DNA from: Amphiscolops sp. MND2022
Lineage: Eukaryota
Assembly (NCBI GenBank): GCA_964187785.1
Contig: OZ076409.1
Coordinates: 84,384,001 to 84,448,000 of the forward strand
Direction: 5' to 3'
Length of the DNA: 64,000 nt
Shown here: positions 12,273 through 27,498 of the stretch, piece by piece
Position numbering within the stretch: the first letter of the stretch is position 1
Layout: each line of letters begins with the position of its first letter
Made by a program: the position numbers and the translations under genes
Notes under the pieces: generated by a model
Seen by the model: the letters and a program-made list of their open reading frames with translations, nothing else
Databases searched by the model: none
Told to the model about the DNA's origin: nothing

Positions 12273-13872
12273 TCCAATCAAAACTTGCAAAAATTCTTTT
12301 CTGTTCAAAATGATTTCACTTTCGACATGAATTATACTTCCGTTTCGAGATCGTTCAAATTGAAAGTTTGGAATTCAAAATGTTCTTATGAAAAAGGCAG
12401 TTTCAAAATGATTTAACTTTTGCTGAAATTGTGTTTTCAGAACCCGAAATTGAACTTTGAAGGGTGTAAATGCTTCATGTTTTGAAGTTTATGTTTCACA
12501 ATTGTATATGAAGTTCACCGATACGAAATGCATGAGGGAGTATGAAGGATTCATAATTGGCTCTAGATTATCCAGGATTCATAATTGGCTCTAGGATACC
12601 GACGATTAATGATTGGCTCAACTGAACAAAGTTTCATAACTGGCTCCCAATATTAAAGATTCATGATTGGCTCCAAGCGTGTCTCAAGGATTCACGATTA
12701 GCTTTATACCACGTTACTTACTACTAGGTAAGGAAGTCCTACTATTGTTCTTTTAGGTTCAAACAAATGCTTTTTCCTAACTCAAATGATCTAAAAAATT
12801 AGAAATGGTGGTTTTTCCTAAGCTTCGTAAATTCAAAAAAGATTGAACAATGCCGAATTTACCTAAATTTGATCTTTTAGGCTCAAGAAGTGCGGTTTTT
12901 TGAAAAAAAAATTTCCGAAAACAAATCTACCTAACCTCTATTGGAAAGAAAACAATCACAACTTTTGAAAAGTTTCCCATCAATCCAAAACAACCAGAGA
13001 GGTGATCTTCAGTTCTCGAAAACGATTTTCCTGACCAGAAAGTCTAAAAACCAAAAAACATTCTAATAGATTTTTCTGAGGAAAAATTTTTTCAAACAAT
13101 CACGATTAAGTAAGTGAAACAAATCGAAAAATTACTTTGGTTAGTCGCAACCCGCGGTCGCCCTTTTGTTTCGGTTGTTTTGTTTCTGCCAGAAGTCAAA
13201 AGGGGGATTTCTGTTTTTTGAAAAGTCAGACAAAATGTCGCATAGTGTCGAAAAAAGATTGGATCATTTGGTCTTTCGATCTTTTTTCGGTCTAGCGTTG
13301 AACAAGAACCCGCGTACACGCAGAATACTCAGTTTTTACCCAGAGAAGGTCATGTTAACCTCCGAACAAAGGAGAATGCACTCCAGCACATGACAGACAT
13401 CCTGGAAAAAAGTTTTGAAAGTTACCCGGCCTAAACTAAGATTTTACTTTCCTAAGTCAACTCAAAATAACAAGTAGAAAGTTCAAAACGCCTTTCTAGA
13501 AAAAGCCTTCTGGTCAGAGTTTTTCTCTGAGGAATCTTCGACCTTTAAGACATATATTTGGAAAAACCTTCGCACACTTTCTTGGATGAAAAATGGTTAT
13601 AAGACAAAAGCTTTTTTCTAGTTTTATGAATTAACCAGTTGCTCAATTTGGAAATACATCAAAAGTGCCAAAAATATCAGTTTAGTTGGTTTTTACTAAA
13701 TTTCGTTGGTAAGTCTTTCCTAATTGGGTATTATCACCCAAGCATCATGTTCATTCAAGGCCTTCAACTGCGTTCAACTCCAACATTTGCGAGGTGCATT
13801 GCATTGAGGTGTTTTTGACAGGGGCGCCAATGACTGTCTGAAATGGAAACTTTTCACTGAGGTACTTTTGTA

Positions 13873-14493
13873 GGTGTGCGTTCATTTCACCCCAAAATCA
13901 TTTCACCCCATATCACTTCACCCCATATCATTTCACCCCACATTCATTTCACCCCACGTTCATTTCACCCCACATTCATTTCACCCCACAATCATTTCAC
14001 CCCACGTTCATTTCACCCCATTTTCATTTCACACCATATTGTAATTATACAAAAGCGTCTCGCCTTAGTTAACCAATTAGCAATTAAACTTTGATGCCTA
14101 CTGTCTTTGAGTCAGCTTTGATTTGGCAGATTTGGCAAATTTTGATTAACAGAAGAAAAATGATTTTTTTTTCAGCGCTTTGTTCAGAAGTATTACAGCT
14201 CCGATAAATAAAACTATTCGGTTCCGATTTTGTGGTTCACATAGCAAGCATCGTTTGCTTATCTAATTAGTAGTTAGATTCAAGACGCTTTTTTATTAGC
14301 GCTGAGATTGAAATTGGGTGGCTTTAGTAATTAATCTGAGACGCATTTGATAATTTAAATGTGAGGTGAAATGAACATGGGGTGAAATGAACGTGGGGTG
14401 AAATGAACCTGGGGTGAAATGAATGTGGGGTGAAATGATATGGGGTGAAATGATATGGGATGAAATGAACGTGGGGTGAAATGATACTAAACC
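13873..14493. mobile_element. Foldback/MULE-type MITE, copy 3
   Basis: Same ends, TSD and inverted 15-bp arrays. Confidence 0.88.
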
Positions 14494-17400
14494 ACTTTTG
14501 TATAGGGTGCTTTTGTCTACACATGATTAAAAGGAAAATTTTCTAATTAAAAACATCAAAAAAACTGAGAACAAAAGTTTGGAAAGACTCAAAGCTTGGT
14601 CCCTTCTGTGTCAATGAAAATTTGTCAAAAAGTGACAAAAATAAACCTACAAATTCCTTTTTACTTGAAATAAAAATCTCAAAGTATCAAAACGAGTACC
14701 CTTTGAATCATTTTGGCATTTTTAAAAATGTTTGTAGAACTTTTTTGGTCATTTTGACCGGATTAAAATAACCGAAGCTAAGCCACTTTGATAGTTGCGC
14801 GCCTTTTTTTTTCATTAAGCGCCGATTAAAAAATGAAATTAAAGTTGGACTGAGCCTCGATTCACAAAAAGTTCAAGAGTTTAAGTGTGCCAATATTGAG
14901 ATCAAACACTTTGTGCTTGGCATTTTTCATTCGCTACACTATGCTCAGCATACGATTTTTTTCCGATCAGAAAGCCAGAAAATAAAATCGCATTCATAAT
15001 TGACTCCTTGTGATGTATCCTCCTCCTCATCCATGTGATGTATTTTGAAAACTCCCTCCCTGGGAATTTCTTTTAAATAAAAATTTTTATGATGTGTTAA
15101 TGACTGCAACAACGACTGCATGAAAACGTGAATTCACACGCGGATCCTTCCACTTTATATTCAATTTTCAGTTCCGAGACTTTGAGAGCACAACTTGTCT
15201 TCTGAAGTATCACGAAGTTCTAGATTAACAAGAGAGAAAAAGCGAGAAAAAACAATTTTGTTTTTCCCCTTTATCTAGTTTCTTTTGCTTTTTCTTTTCA
15301 TTTATTCATTCGAAACTGCTCCGGTGGCGCCTTAGTGCAGTCTTTGTAAGAAGAACCTTTGTTGAATTCTTGGTCTCCATTGAGCAAGTTGAAATTGAGG
15401 ATGAAAAGTGGAACACAGTTTGTCTGTTCCGTCTAACCAGACGCCGACCATTGCTCCCTGATAGTCTACATGGTGTCAAAATTATTCATTAATCTTCTTT
15501 GATCTCCTGAAAGTTCATTATCCACAGCCGCTTCCCAACCTAACACCGAAATCGACTCGCTCGCTCAGAAATTCGAGAATGGCGCGGAGATAATGCAGTT
15601 GCGTTTGTTCAACCCTAATACAAAAGAGCGTCGCAAAATGAGACGCAAAAGTGCGAAAAAGAAGCTCTCTATAATTTAAAAAGTAGTCCAGATAGGACCA
15701 TTCATAGCCGAGTTTAAGTGTGTTCATTGAACAAATGAGTTTTTATTGGTCCTTTTTAAAACCATAAATTAAGATCAAATGCTCCAATTAGTTGTTAATG
15801 GTATTTCAATGAAGTTGAAAAACATGATCCTTAATAAAACCGTTCAAATTCATTTTTATCTAAAAGTGCCTGAAAACGTAAAAGCAAAATTTACGAAGTT
15901 TGCTGTTCCAAAATGGAGTTTAATTCGAAATTTGTGCTCAACTAGAAATCAGCGCACGTCTAGGAATGCATGTTATTCTCAGCTCTATTCAGTATTGGTT
16001 TGATAATTTTAAATATCAAAATAAAAATTTTAAATTTTGGAATTTAATTTTGAATTTTTCTTGAGAAAACATGACAACGCATGAAGATATGCATTGGAAT
16101 ATGCATAACATCAGGTAAAACCAATGGCTTCCATTCTTGCTTGATCAGCTGGATCCAATTATACTTTCAAGTAAACCTTTCGTTTAACAGACAACACTTT
16201 GGCATGAACTGTCAATTTTTCCCGCTCAAATAATACAGCTGAACAAATTATATTAGTTACTTTGAGAAAAAATGAATATAAGAAAGGAATTTGATTTTTT
16301 TTACAAAAACACGATTTTTCCAGTATAAAAGGAAGAAAGCTAAGAGTGCATTGATCATTTAGAGAAGAGTATAAATGAAGGGCGGGACCGTCCGAAGTTT
16401 GATTGACAGGCTCAAGAGGACAATCCGGAGACTTTGCGTGAGAACGCCGAAGCACTGAATGTACAAATGTCTAATGGAGAAACTTTTAATGAATTAAATA
16501 TCATTTTTGTTTCAATCAAATGTAATTGTTTACACTCAAGAACAACCCCCCCCCCCAAAAAAAGAAAAGTTTCATATATGAATGTATGGTTTAAGGTCAA
16601 ATATGTGGGGGAGAAAATTTCAGACCTAATGAGGAACTAACTTATCAGCGTGACCGAAAAAGGCAAAGTAAAGCCACTGCTTCTTTCGTTTTTTTAAAAG
16701 ATATATCTTTTAAAAAAAACGAAAAGAAGCAGTGGTCCTTGTTATGCTGTGCAATGTCAAATGTATGGTTTTTTAACGTTGATTTCGAAAACTTTGTTCC
16801 TTTGAAGTTTTGGTGTTGTTTTTGATTGGAGCCCAACTAACTTCCAATGTCGATTCTTTTGATTTTTTTATCGATTGTATTTATGTGGATGGGGCTTTTT
16901 AATGCACCTGCCCGTTGGTAGCCCTGCTAGTGTCGACTGTTTTTCAGTTGGCCCGCTGAGACTATAAAAACGGGTTTTTCTTTGGTCCTGATTGGTTTTT
17001 CTGAAGGACCTAGGCAGTTATCGAATTTATCATATTGTATTGCATTGTAATTTTGCAATGAAATTTTGTTATGAAAAAACATTTTCTCTTTCGACGGGAA
17101 ACGATGGAGTGAGAAAGGCCAGGAAAAAGATCGGCACAGCAAGGACTAACAAGACGGGAACGTATAAAGTTGGCGCCAATCTAAGGCTCAAAAAGCTCAA
17201 ACTTTTTCAAATTGTAAAAAAGGGACCCTTTGGGTTTTTTCAAAATCCAATTTGTTGCGGGGTGTAACGTCTCAAAACAGCTGTATACTGGTGTGGAGAT
17301 CCACAGAACAGAGTAAATGCATAGCTCAGCAGAGTGGCCGAGAAAGTGGTTTTTACTAGCACTTTCTTTCAGTACCATCAGATGAATTTGGTGATTCCTA

Positions 17401-18241
17401 ACGCAAAATTAGCTTTCCTCAACCTTTGCAAACAACTAATGTATAGTTATGATCGACAGTGTTGAAACATGATTTTATAAGAGTGTTTAGAAAACTTTTT
17501 CGCAACGTGTACACCAAAACCTTACATCACAAACAACCTTTAAAACCACTTTTTCCACACCCTGGAGCGGTTTCTAATCATATTGAAATTCTACCTCACA
17601 AAAAATCAGACTTTCCCGTTTACCCATTGTGAAAAATTGTGTGCGGTAACGTTATGACTTCGAAGCAAGCAGGCAGTTTGGCCTGAGTGACTAGTCCTGT
17701 AGCTAGATACCACACCCATCAGGGTTATATCGAGAGATCAAAGCACAGGGATCTCGCTACTTTTTTCGATGGAACTGACAACCGATGCCATATTCGTTAT
17801 CTTATGTACTCTTCCAGTGATTGCCTGGGGCATGATTCAAATCTTCACCGACTACGTGCTTTCTCACCCATTGATCTCGAAGCAGCTACTTTACTGAAGC
17901 ATAGCTCCCGAGACAACTGATCAGAAGTCGAATGACGTCGAAAAGTTTGACATTCAGGACTGCTTCTGGGTGGAGTTGAAGTTTTCCCGATGCATGACTG
18001 TACCTTCATTTGATGAAATCAGATTTCGTCTACTACTGACTCGTATGTTCATCATCATCAATCTGAGTTGCCAAAACATCAAACAATTACACGTTTCAAA
18101 ACTCAATTAGTCACTGTGAACTTTGAAATTTAAGAAAAGTGTCTTCAATTTGAAATTCAGCTGAAAAGTAAAATCATTTTGAATTTCGAAAATTCGTTTT
18201 GAACAGAGTGAATAAAATCCAAAAGAAATGAGTTTCATTTG

Positions 18242-18787
18242 AAACGTTTCTGAAGGCTCTCTTTCCTACATTTGCGCGCTCTTGAGTTCTTCGGGTGTGT
18301 ATATTGCATCCATACTCATCGATGTAACTTTATCTGGCATTCACAATGTCTTCACGCATGAGCCACTAAGCAAATTCGTACCTTGCTTAACTAGTCGACG
18401 ATGAATTTCGCTCTGCAGGACAGTCCGTTGCAATTTTTACGGTAATCAATTGCCCTCACAAAGCTCTGGACAAAGCTTGCTGAGGGAAAATAGGTTTTTC
18501 CGGTAGACCTGCTTGAAGTAGTGAATTCAATTGTTTCAGAGTAGATGTGGATTGTCCTTTAAGAACTCAACAGCTTCGCTAACCATTTCATTGTCAATTT
18601 GTGTTGCAATTGCCCCTTTTTGGTCTGTTTGAACTCACCTCCTGTTTTTACAGTGTTGTACGCGGTTCCTGCATTGATTCCCAAAATTTTTGCCACAGCC
18701 AAAATGTCATTTCCAGTTTTATGGGCGTCTAAGATTCACTTCCGGTCTGTTTCCGAAACTGATTTGTTACGGTCCGCGAAAAGACAT
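18242..18787 (-). pseudogene. IS630/Tc1-like transposase fragment (copy 3)
   Basis: Near-identical copy of 5230-5775. Confidence 0.75.
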
Positions 18788-20388
18788 TCCAATCAAAACT
18801 TGCAAAAATTCTTTTCTGTTCAAAATGATTTCACTTTCGACATGAATTATACTTCCGTTTCGAGATCGTTCAAATTGAAAGTTTGGAATTCAAAATGTTC
18901 TTATGAAAAAGGCAGTTTCAAAATGATTTAACTTTTGCTGAATTTGTGTTTTCAGAACCCGAAATTGAACTTTGAAGGGTGTAAATGCTTCATGTTTTGA
19001 AGTTTATGTTTCACAATTGTATATGAAGTTCACCGATACGAAATGCATGAGGGAGTATGAAGGATTCATAATTGGCTCTAGATTATCCAGGATTCATAAT
19101 TGGCTCTAGGATACCGACGATTAATGATTGGCTCAACTGAACAAAGTTTCATAACTGGCTCCCAATATTAAAGATTTATGATTGGCTCCAAGCGTGTCTC
19201 AAGGATTCACGATTAGCTTTATACCCCGTTACTTACTACTAGGTAAGGAAGTCCTACTATTGTTCTTTTAGGTTCAAAAAAATGCTTTTTCCTAACTCAA
19301 ATGATCTAAAAAATTAGAAATGGTGGTTTTTCCTAAGCTTCGTAAATTCAAAAAAGTTTGAACAATGCCGAATTTACCTAAATTTGATCTTTTAGGCTCA
19401 AGAAGTGCGGTTTTTTGAAAAAAAAATTTCCGAAAACAAATCTACCTAACCTCTATTGGAAAGAAAACAATCACAACTTTTGAAAAGTTTCCGATCAATC
19501 CAAAACAACCAGACAGGTGATCTTCAGTTCTCGAAAACGATTTTCCTGACCAGAAAGTCTAAAAAACCAAAAAACATTCTGATAGATTTTTCTGAGGAAA
19601 AATTTTTTCAATCAATCACGATTAAGTAAGTGAAACAAATCGAAAAATTACTTTGGTTAGTCGCAACCCGCTGTCGCCCTTTTGTTTCGGTTGTTTTGTT
19701 TCTGCCAGAAGTCAAAAGGGGGATTTCTGTTTTTTGAAAAGTCAGACAAAATGTCGCATAGTGTCGAAAAAAGATTGGATCATTTGGTCTTTCGATCTTT
19801 TTTCGGTCTAGCGTTGAACAAGAACCCGCGTACACGCAGAATACTCAGTTTTTACCCAGAGAAGGTCATGTTAACCTCCGAACAAAGGAGAATGCACTCC
19901 AGCACATGACAGACATCCTGGAAAAAAGTTTTGAAAGTTACCCGGCTTAAACTAAGATTTTACTTTCGTAAGTCAACTCAAAATAACAAGTAGAAAATTC
20001 AAAACGCCTTTCTAGAAAAAGCCTTCTGGTCAGAGTTTTTCTCTGAGGAATCTTCGACCTTTAAGACAATTATTTGGAAAAACCTTCGCACACTTTCTTG
20101 GATGAAAAATGGTTATAAGACAAAAGCTTTTTTCTAGTTTTATGAAATAACCAGTTGCTCAATTTGGAAATACATCAAAAGTGCCAAAAATATCAGTTTA
20201 ATTGGTTTTTACTAAATTTCGTTGGTAAGTCTTTCCTAATTGGGTATTATCACCCAATCATCATGTTCATTCAAGGCCTTCAACTGCGTTCAACTCCAAC
20301 ATTTGCGAGGTGCATTGCATTGAGGTGTTTTTGACAGGGGCGCCTATGACTGTCTGAAATGGAAACTTTTCACTGAGGTACTTTTGTA

Positions 20389-20977
20389 GGTGTGCGTTCA
20401 TTTCACCCCAAAATCATTTCACCCCATATCACTTCACCCCATATCATTTCACCCCACATTCATTTCACCCCACGTTCATTTCACCCCACATTCATTTCAC
20501 CCCACAATCATTTCACCCCACGTTCATTTCACCCCATTTTCATTTCACACCATATTGTAATTATACAAAAGCGTCTCGCCTTAGTTAACCAATTAGCAAT
20601 TAAACTTTGATGCCTACTGTCTTTGAGTCAGCTTTGATTTGGCAGATTTGGCAAATTTTGATTAACAGAAGAAAAATGATTTTTTTTCAGCGCTTTGTTC
20701 AGAAGTATTACAGCTCCGATAAATAAAACTATTCGGTTCCGATTTTGTGGTTCACATAGCAAGCATCGTTTGCTTATCTAATTAGTAGTTAGATTCAAGA
20801 CGCTTTTCTATTAGCGCTGAGATTGAAATTGGGTGGCTTTAGTAATTAATCTGAGACGCATTTGATAATTTAAATGTGAGGTGAAATGAACATGGGGTGA
20901 AATGAACGTGGGGTGAAATGAACCTGGGGTGAAATGAATGTGGGGTGAAATGACATGGGGTGAAATGATACTAAACC
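20389..20977. mobile_element. Foldback/MULE-type MITE, copy 4 (two 15-bp units fewer in the right arm)
   Basis: Same ends and TSD; 589 bp versus 619 bp in copy 1. Confidence 0.88.
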
Positions 20978-23900
20978 ACTTTTGTATAGGGTGCTTTTGT
21001 CTACACATGATTAAAAGGAAAATTTTCTAATTAAAAACATCAAAAAAACTGAGAACAAAAGTTTGGAAAAACTCAAAGCTTGGTCCCTTCTGTGTCAATG
21101 AAAATTTGTCAAAAAGTGACAAAAATAAACCTACAAATTCCTTTTTACTTGAAATAAAAATCTCAAAGTATCAAAATGAGTACCCTTTGAATCATTTTGG
21201 CATTTTTAAAAATGTTTGTAGAACTTTTTTGGTCATTTTGACCGGATTAAAATAACCGAAGCTAAGCCACTTTGATAGTCGCGCGCCTTTTTTTTATTAA
21301 GCGCCGATTAAAAAATGAAATTAAAGTTGGACTGAGCCTCGATTCACAAAAAGTTCAAGAGTTTAAGTGTGCCAATATTGAGATCAAACACTTTGTGCTT
21401 GGCATTTTTCATTCGCTACACTATGCTCAGCATACGATTTTTTTCCGATCAAAAAGCCAGAAAATAAAATCGCATTCATAATTGACTCCTTGTGATGTAT
21501 CCTCCTCCTCATCCATGTGATGTATTTTGAAAACTCCCTCCCTGGGAATTTCTTTTAAATAAAAATTTTTATGATGTGTTAATGACTGCAACAACGACTG
21601 CATGAAAACGTGAATTCACACGCGGATTCTTCCACTTTATATTCAATTTTCAGTTCCGAGACCTTGAGAGCACAACTTGTCTTCTTAAGTATCACGAAGT
21701 TCTAGATTAACAAGAGAGAAAAAGCGAGAAAAAACAATTTTGTTTTTCCCCTTTAACTAGTTTCTTTTGCTTTTTCTTTTCATTTATTCATTCGAAACTG
21801 CTCCGGTGGCGCCTTAGTGCAGTCTTTGTAAGAAGAACCTTTGTTGGATTCTTGGTCTCCATTGAGCAAGTTGAAATTGAGGATCAAAAGTGGAACACAG
21901 TTTGTCTGTTCCGTCTAACCAGACGCCGACCATTGCTCCCTGATAGTCTACATGGTGTCAAAATTATTCATTAATCTTCTTTGATCTCCTGAAATTTCAT
22001 TATCCACAGCCGCTTCCCAACCTAACACCGAAATCGACTCGCTCGCTCAGAAATTCGAGAATGGCGCGGAGATAATGCAGTTGCGTTTGTTCAATCCTAA
22101 TACAAAAGAGCAGCGTCGCAAAATGAGACGCAAAAGTGCGAAAAAGAAGCTCTCTATAATATAAAAAGTAGTCCAGATAGGACCATTCATAGCCGAGTTT
22201 AAGTGTGTTCATTGAACAAATGATGTTTTGTTGGTTCTTTTTAAAACCATAGTTTAAGATCAAATGCTCCAATTAGTTATTAAAGGTATTTCAATAACCA
22301 AAAAGTTGAAAAACATGATCCTCAATAAAACCGTTAAAATTTATTTTTGTCTAAAAGTGCCTGAAAACGTAAAAGCAAAATTTACGAAGTTTGCTGTTCT
22401 CAAATGGAGTTTAATTCGAAATTTGTGCTCAACTAGAAATCAGCGCACGTCTAGGAATGCACGCTATTGTCAGCTCTATTCAGTATTGGTTTGATAATTT
22501 TAAATATCAAAATAAAAATTTTAAATTTTGGAATTTAATTTTGAAATTTTTTTTGAGAAAACATGACAACGCATGAAGATATGCATTGAAATATGCATAA
22601 CATCAGGTAAAACCAATGGCTTCCATTCTTGCTTGATCAGCTGGATCCAATTATACTTTCAAGTAAACCTTTCGTTTAACAGACAACACTTTGGCATGAA
22701 CTGTCAATTTTTCCCGCTCAAATAATACAGCTGAACAAATTATATTAGTTACTTTGAGAAAAAATGAATACAAGAGGAATTTCATTATTTTTTTTACAAA
22801 AACACGATTTTTCCAGTATAAAAGGAAGAAAGCTAAGAGTGCATTGATCATTTAGAGAAGAGTATAAATGAAGGGCGGGACCGTCCGATGTTTGATTGAC
22901 AGGCTCAAGAGGACAATCCGGAGACTTTGCGTGAGAACGCCGAAGCACTGAATGTACAAATGTCTAATGGAGAAACTTTTAATGAATTAAATATCATTTT
23001 TGTTTCAATCAAATGTAATTGTTTACACTCAAGAACAACCCCCCCCAAAAAAGAAAAGTTTCATATATGAATGTATGGTTTAAGGTCAAATATGTGGGGG
23101 AGAAAATTTCAGACCTAATGAGGAACTAACTTATCAGCGTGACCGAAAAAGGCAAAGTAAAGCCACTGCTTCTTTCGTTTTTTTTTAAAAGATATATCTT
23201 TTAAAAAAAAACGAAAAGAAGCAGTGGTCCTTGTTATGCTGTGCAATGTCAAATGTATGGTTTTTTAACGTTGATTTCGAAAACTTTGTTCCTTTGAAGT
23301 TTTGGTGTTGTTTTTGATTGGAGCCCAACTAACTTCCAATGTCGATTCTTTTGATTTTTTTATCGATTATATTTATGTGGATGGGGCTTTTTAATGCACC
23401 TGCCCGTTGGTAGCCCTGCTAGTGTCGACTGTTTTTCAGTTGGCCCGCTGAGACTTTAAAAACGGGTTTTTCTTTGGTCCTGATTGGTTTTTCTGAAGGA
23501 CCTAGGCAGTTATCGAATTTATTGTATTGTATTGCATTGTAATTTTGCAATGAAATTTTGTTATGAAAAAACATTTTCTCTTTCGACGGGAAACGATGGA
23601 GTGAGAAAGGCCAGGAAAAAGATCGGCACAGCAAGGACTAACAAGACGGGAACGTATAAAGTTGGCGCCAATCTAAGGCTCAAAAAGCTCAAACTTTTTC
23701 AAATTGTAAAAAAGGGACCCTTTGGGTTTTTTCAAAATCCAATTTGTTGCGGGGTGTAACGTCTCAAAACAGCTGTATACTGGTGTGGAGATCCACAGAA
23801 CAGAGTAAATGCATAGCTCAGCAGAATGGCCGAGAAAGTGGTTTTTACTAGCACTTTCTTTCAGTACCATCAGATGAATTTGGTGATTCCTAACGCAAAA

Positions 23901-24733
23901 TTAGCTTTCCTCAACCTTTGCAAACAACTAATATATAGTTATGATCGACAGTGTTGAAACATGATTTTATAAGAGTGTTTAGAAAACTTTTTCGCAACGT
24001 GTACACCAAAACCTTACATCACAAACAACCTTTAAAACCACTTTTTCCACACCCTGGAGCGGTTTCTAATCATATTGAAAATCTACCTTACAAAAAATCA
24101 GACTTTCCCGTTTACCCATTGTGAAAAATTGTGTGCGGTAACGTTATGACTTCGAAGCAAGCAGGCAGTTTGGCCTGAGTGACTAGTCCTGTAGCTAGAT
24201 ACCACACCCATCAGGGTTATATCGAGAGATCAAACCACAGGGATCTCGCTACTTTTTTCGATGGAACTGACAACCGATGCCATTTTCGTTATCTTATGTA
24301 CTCTTCCAGTGATTGCCTGGGACATGATTCAAATCTTCACCGACTACGTGCTTTCTCACCCATTGATCTCGAAGCAGCTACTTTACTGAAGCATAGCTCC
24401 CAAGACAACTGATCAGAAGTCGAATGACGTCGAAAAGTTTGACTTTCAGGACTGCTTCTGGGTGGAGTTGAAGATTTCCCGATGCATGACTGTACCTTCA
24501 TTTGATAAAATCAGATTTCGTCTACTACTGACTCGTATGTTCATCATCATCAATCTGAGTTGCCAAAACATCAAACAATTACACGTTTCAAAACTCAATT
24601 AGTCACTGTGAACTTTGAAGTTTAAGAAAAGTGTCTTCAATTTGAAATTCAGCTGAAAAGTAAAATCATTTTGAATTTCGAAAATTCGTTTTGAACAGAG
24701 TGAATAAAATCCAAAAGAAATGAGTTTGATTTG

Positions 24734-25279
24734 AAACGTTTCTGAAGGCTCTCTTTCCTACATTTGCGCGCTCTTGAGTTCTTCGGGTGTGTATATTGCA
24801 TCCATACTCATCGATGTAACTTTATCTGGCATTCACAATGTCTTCACGCATGAGCCACTAAGCAAATTCGTACCTTGCTTAACTAGTCGACGATGAATTT
24901 CGCTCTGCAGGACAGTCCGTTGCAATTTTTACGGTAATCAATTGCCCTCACAAAGCTCTGGACAAAGCTTGCTGAGGGAAAATAGGTTTTTCCGGTAGAC
25001 GTGCTTGAAGTAGTGAATTCAATTGTTTCAGAGTAGATGTGGATTGTCCTTTAAGAACTCAACAGCTTCGCTAACCATTTCATTGTCAATTTGTGTTGCA
25101 ATTGCCCCTTTTTGGTCTGTTTGAACTCACCTCCTGTTTTTACAGTGTTGTACGCGGTTCCTGCATTGATTCCCAAAATTTTTGCCACAGCCAAAATGTC
25201 ATTTCCAGTTTTATGGGCGTCTAAGATTCACTTCCGGTCTGTTTCCGAAACTGATTTGTTACGGTCCGCGAAAAGACAT
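24734..25279 (-). pseudogene. IS630/Tc1-like transposase fragment (copy 4)
   Basis: Near-identical copy of 5230-5775. Confidence 0.75.
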
Positions 25280-26879
25280 TCCAATCAAAACTTGCAAAAA
25301 TTCTTTTCTGTTCAAAATGATTTCACTTTCGACATGAATTATACTTCCGTTTCGAGATCGTTCAAATTGAAAGTTTGGAATTCAAAATGGTCTTATGAAA
25401 AAGGCAGTTTCAAAATGATTTAACTTTTGCTGAATTTGTGTTTTCAGAACCCGAAATTGAACTTTGAAGGGTGTAAATGCTTCATGTTTTGAAGTTTATG
25501 TTTCACAATTGTATATGAAGTTCACCGATACGAAATGCATGAGGGAGTATGAAGGATTCATAATTGGCTCTAGATTATCCAGGATTCATAGTTGGCTCTA
25601 GGATACCGACGATTAATGATTGGCTCAACTGAACAAAGTTTCATAACTGGCTCCCAATATTAAAGATTCATGATTGGCTCCAAGCGTGTCTCAAGGATTC
25701 ACGATTAGCTTTATACCCCGTTACTTACTACTAGGTAAGGAAGTCCTACTATTGTTCTTTTAGGTTCAAAAAAATGCTTTTTCCTAACTCAAATGATCTA
25801 AAAAAGTAGAAATGGTGGTTTTTCCTAAGCTTCGTAAATTCAAAAAAGATTGAACAATGCCGAATTTACCTAAATTTGATCTTTTGGGCTCAAGAAGTGC
25901 GGTTTTTTGAAAAAAAATTTCCGAAAACAAATCTACCTAACCTCTATTGGAAAGAAAACAATCACAACTTTTGAAAAGTTTCCGATCAATCCAAAACAAC
26001 CAGAGAGGTGATCTTCAGTTCTCGAAAACGATTTTCCTGACCAGAAAGTCTAAAAAACCAAAAAACATTCTGATAGATTTTTCTGAGGAAAAATTTTTTC
26101 AATCAATCACGATTAAGTAAGTGAAACAAATCGAAAAATGACTTTGGTTAGTCGCAACCCGCGGTCGCCCTTTTGTTTCGGTTGTTTTGTTTCTGCCAGA
26201 AGTCAAAAGGGGGATTTCTGTTTTTTGAAAAGTCAGACAAAATGTCGCATAGTGTCGAAAAAAGATTGGATCATTTGGTCTTTCGATCTTTTTTCGGTCT
26301 AGCGTTGAACAAGAACCCGCGTACACGCAGAATACTCAGTTTTTACCCAGAGAAGGTCATGTTAACCTCCGAACAAAGGAGAATGCACTCCAGCACATGA
26401 CAGACATCCTGGAAAAAAGTTTTGAAAGTTACCCGGCTTAAACTAAGATTTTACTTTCCTAAGTCAACTCAAAATAACAAGTAGAAAGTTCAAAACGCCT
26501 TTCTAGAAAAAGCCTTCTGGTCAGAGTTTTTCTCTGAGGAATCTTCGACCTTTAAGACAATTATTTGGAAAAACCTTCGCACACTTTCTTGGATGAAAAA
26601 TGGTTATAAGACAAAAGCTTTTTTCTAGTTTTATGAATTAACCAGTTGCTCAATTTGGAAATACATCAAAAGTGCCAAAAATATCAGTTTATTTGGTTTT
26701 TACTAAATTTCGTTGGTAAGTCTTTCCTAATTGGGTATTATCACCCAAGCATCATGTTCATTCAAGGCCTTCAACTGCGTTCAACTCCAACATTTGCGAG
26801 GTGCATTGCATTGAGGTGTTTTTGACAGGGGCGCCTATGACTGTCTGAAATGGAAACTTTTCACTGAGGTACTTTTGTA

Positions 26880-27498
26880 GGTGTGCGTTCATTTCACCCC
26901 AAAATCATTTCACCCCATATCACTTCACCCCATATCATTTCACCCCACATTCATTTCACCCCACGTTCATTTCACCCCACATTCATTTCACCCCACAATC
27001 ATTTCACCCCACGTTCATTTCACCCCATTTTCATTTCACACCATATTGTAATTATACAAAAGCGTCTCGCCTTAGTTAACCAATTAGCAATTAAACTTTG
27101 ATGCCTACTGTCTTTGAGTCAGCTTTGATTTGGCAGATTTGGCAAATTTTGATTAACAGAAGAAAAATGATTTTTTTCAGCGCTTTGTTCAGAAGTATTA
27201 CAGCTCCGATAAATAAAACTATTCGGTTCCGATTTTGTGGTTCAAATAGCAAGCATCGTTTGCTTATCTAATTAGTAGTTAGATTCAAGACGCTTTTCTA
27301 TTAGCGCTGAGATTGAAATTGGGTGGCTTTAGTAATTAATCTGAGACGCATTTGATAATTTAAATGTGAGGTGAAATGAACATGGGGTGAAATGAACGTG
27401 GGGTGAAATGAACCTGGGGTGAAATGAATGTGGGGTGAAATGACATGGGGTGAAATGATATGGGATGAAATGAACGTGGGGTGAAATGATACTAAACC
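26880..27498. mobile_element. Foldback/MULE-type MITE, copy 5
   Basis: Same ends, TSD and inverted 15-bp arrays. Confidence 0.88.
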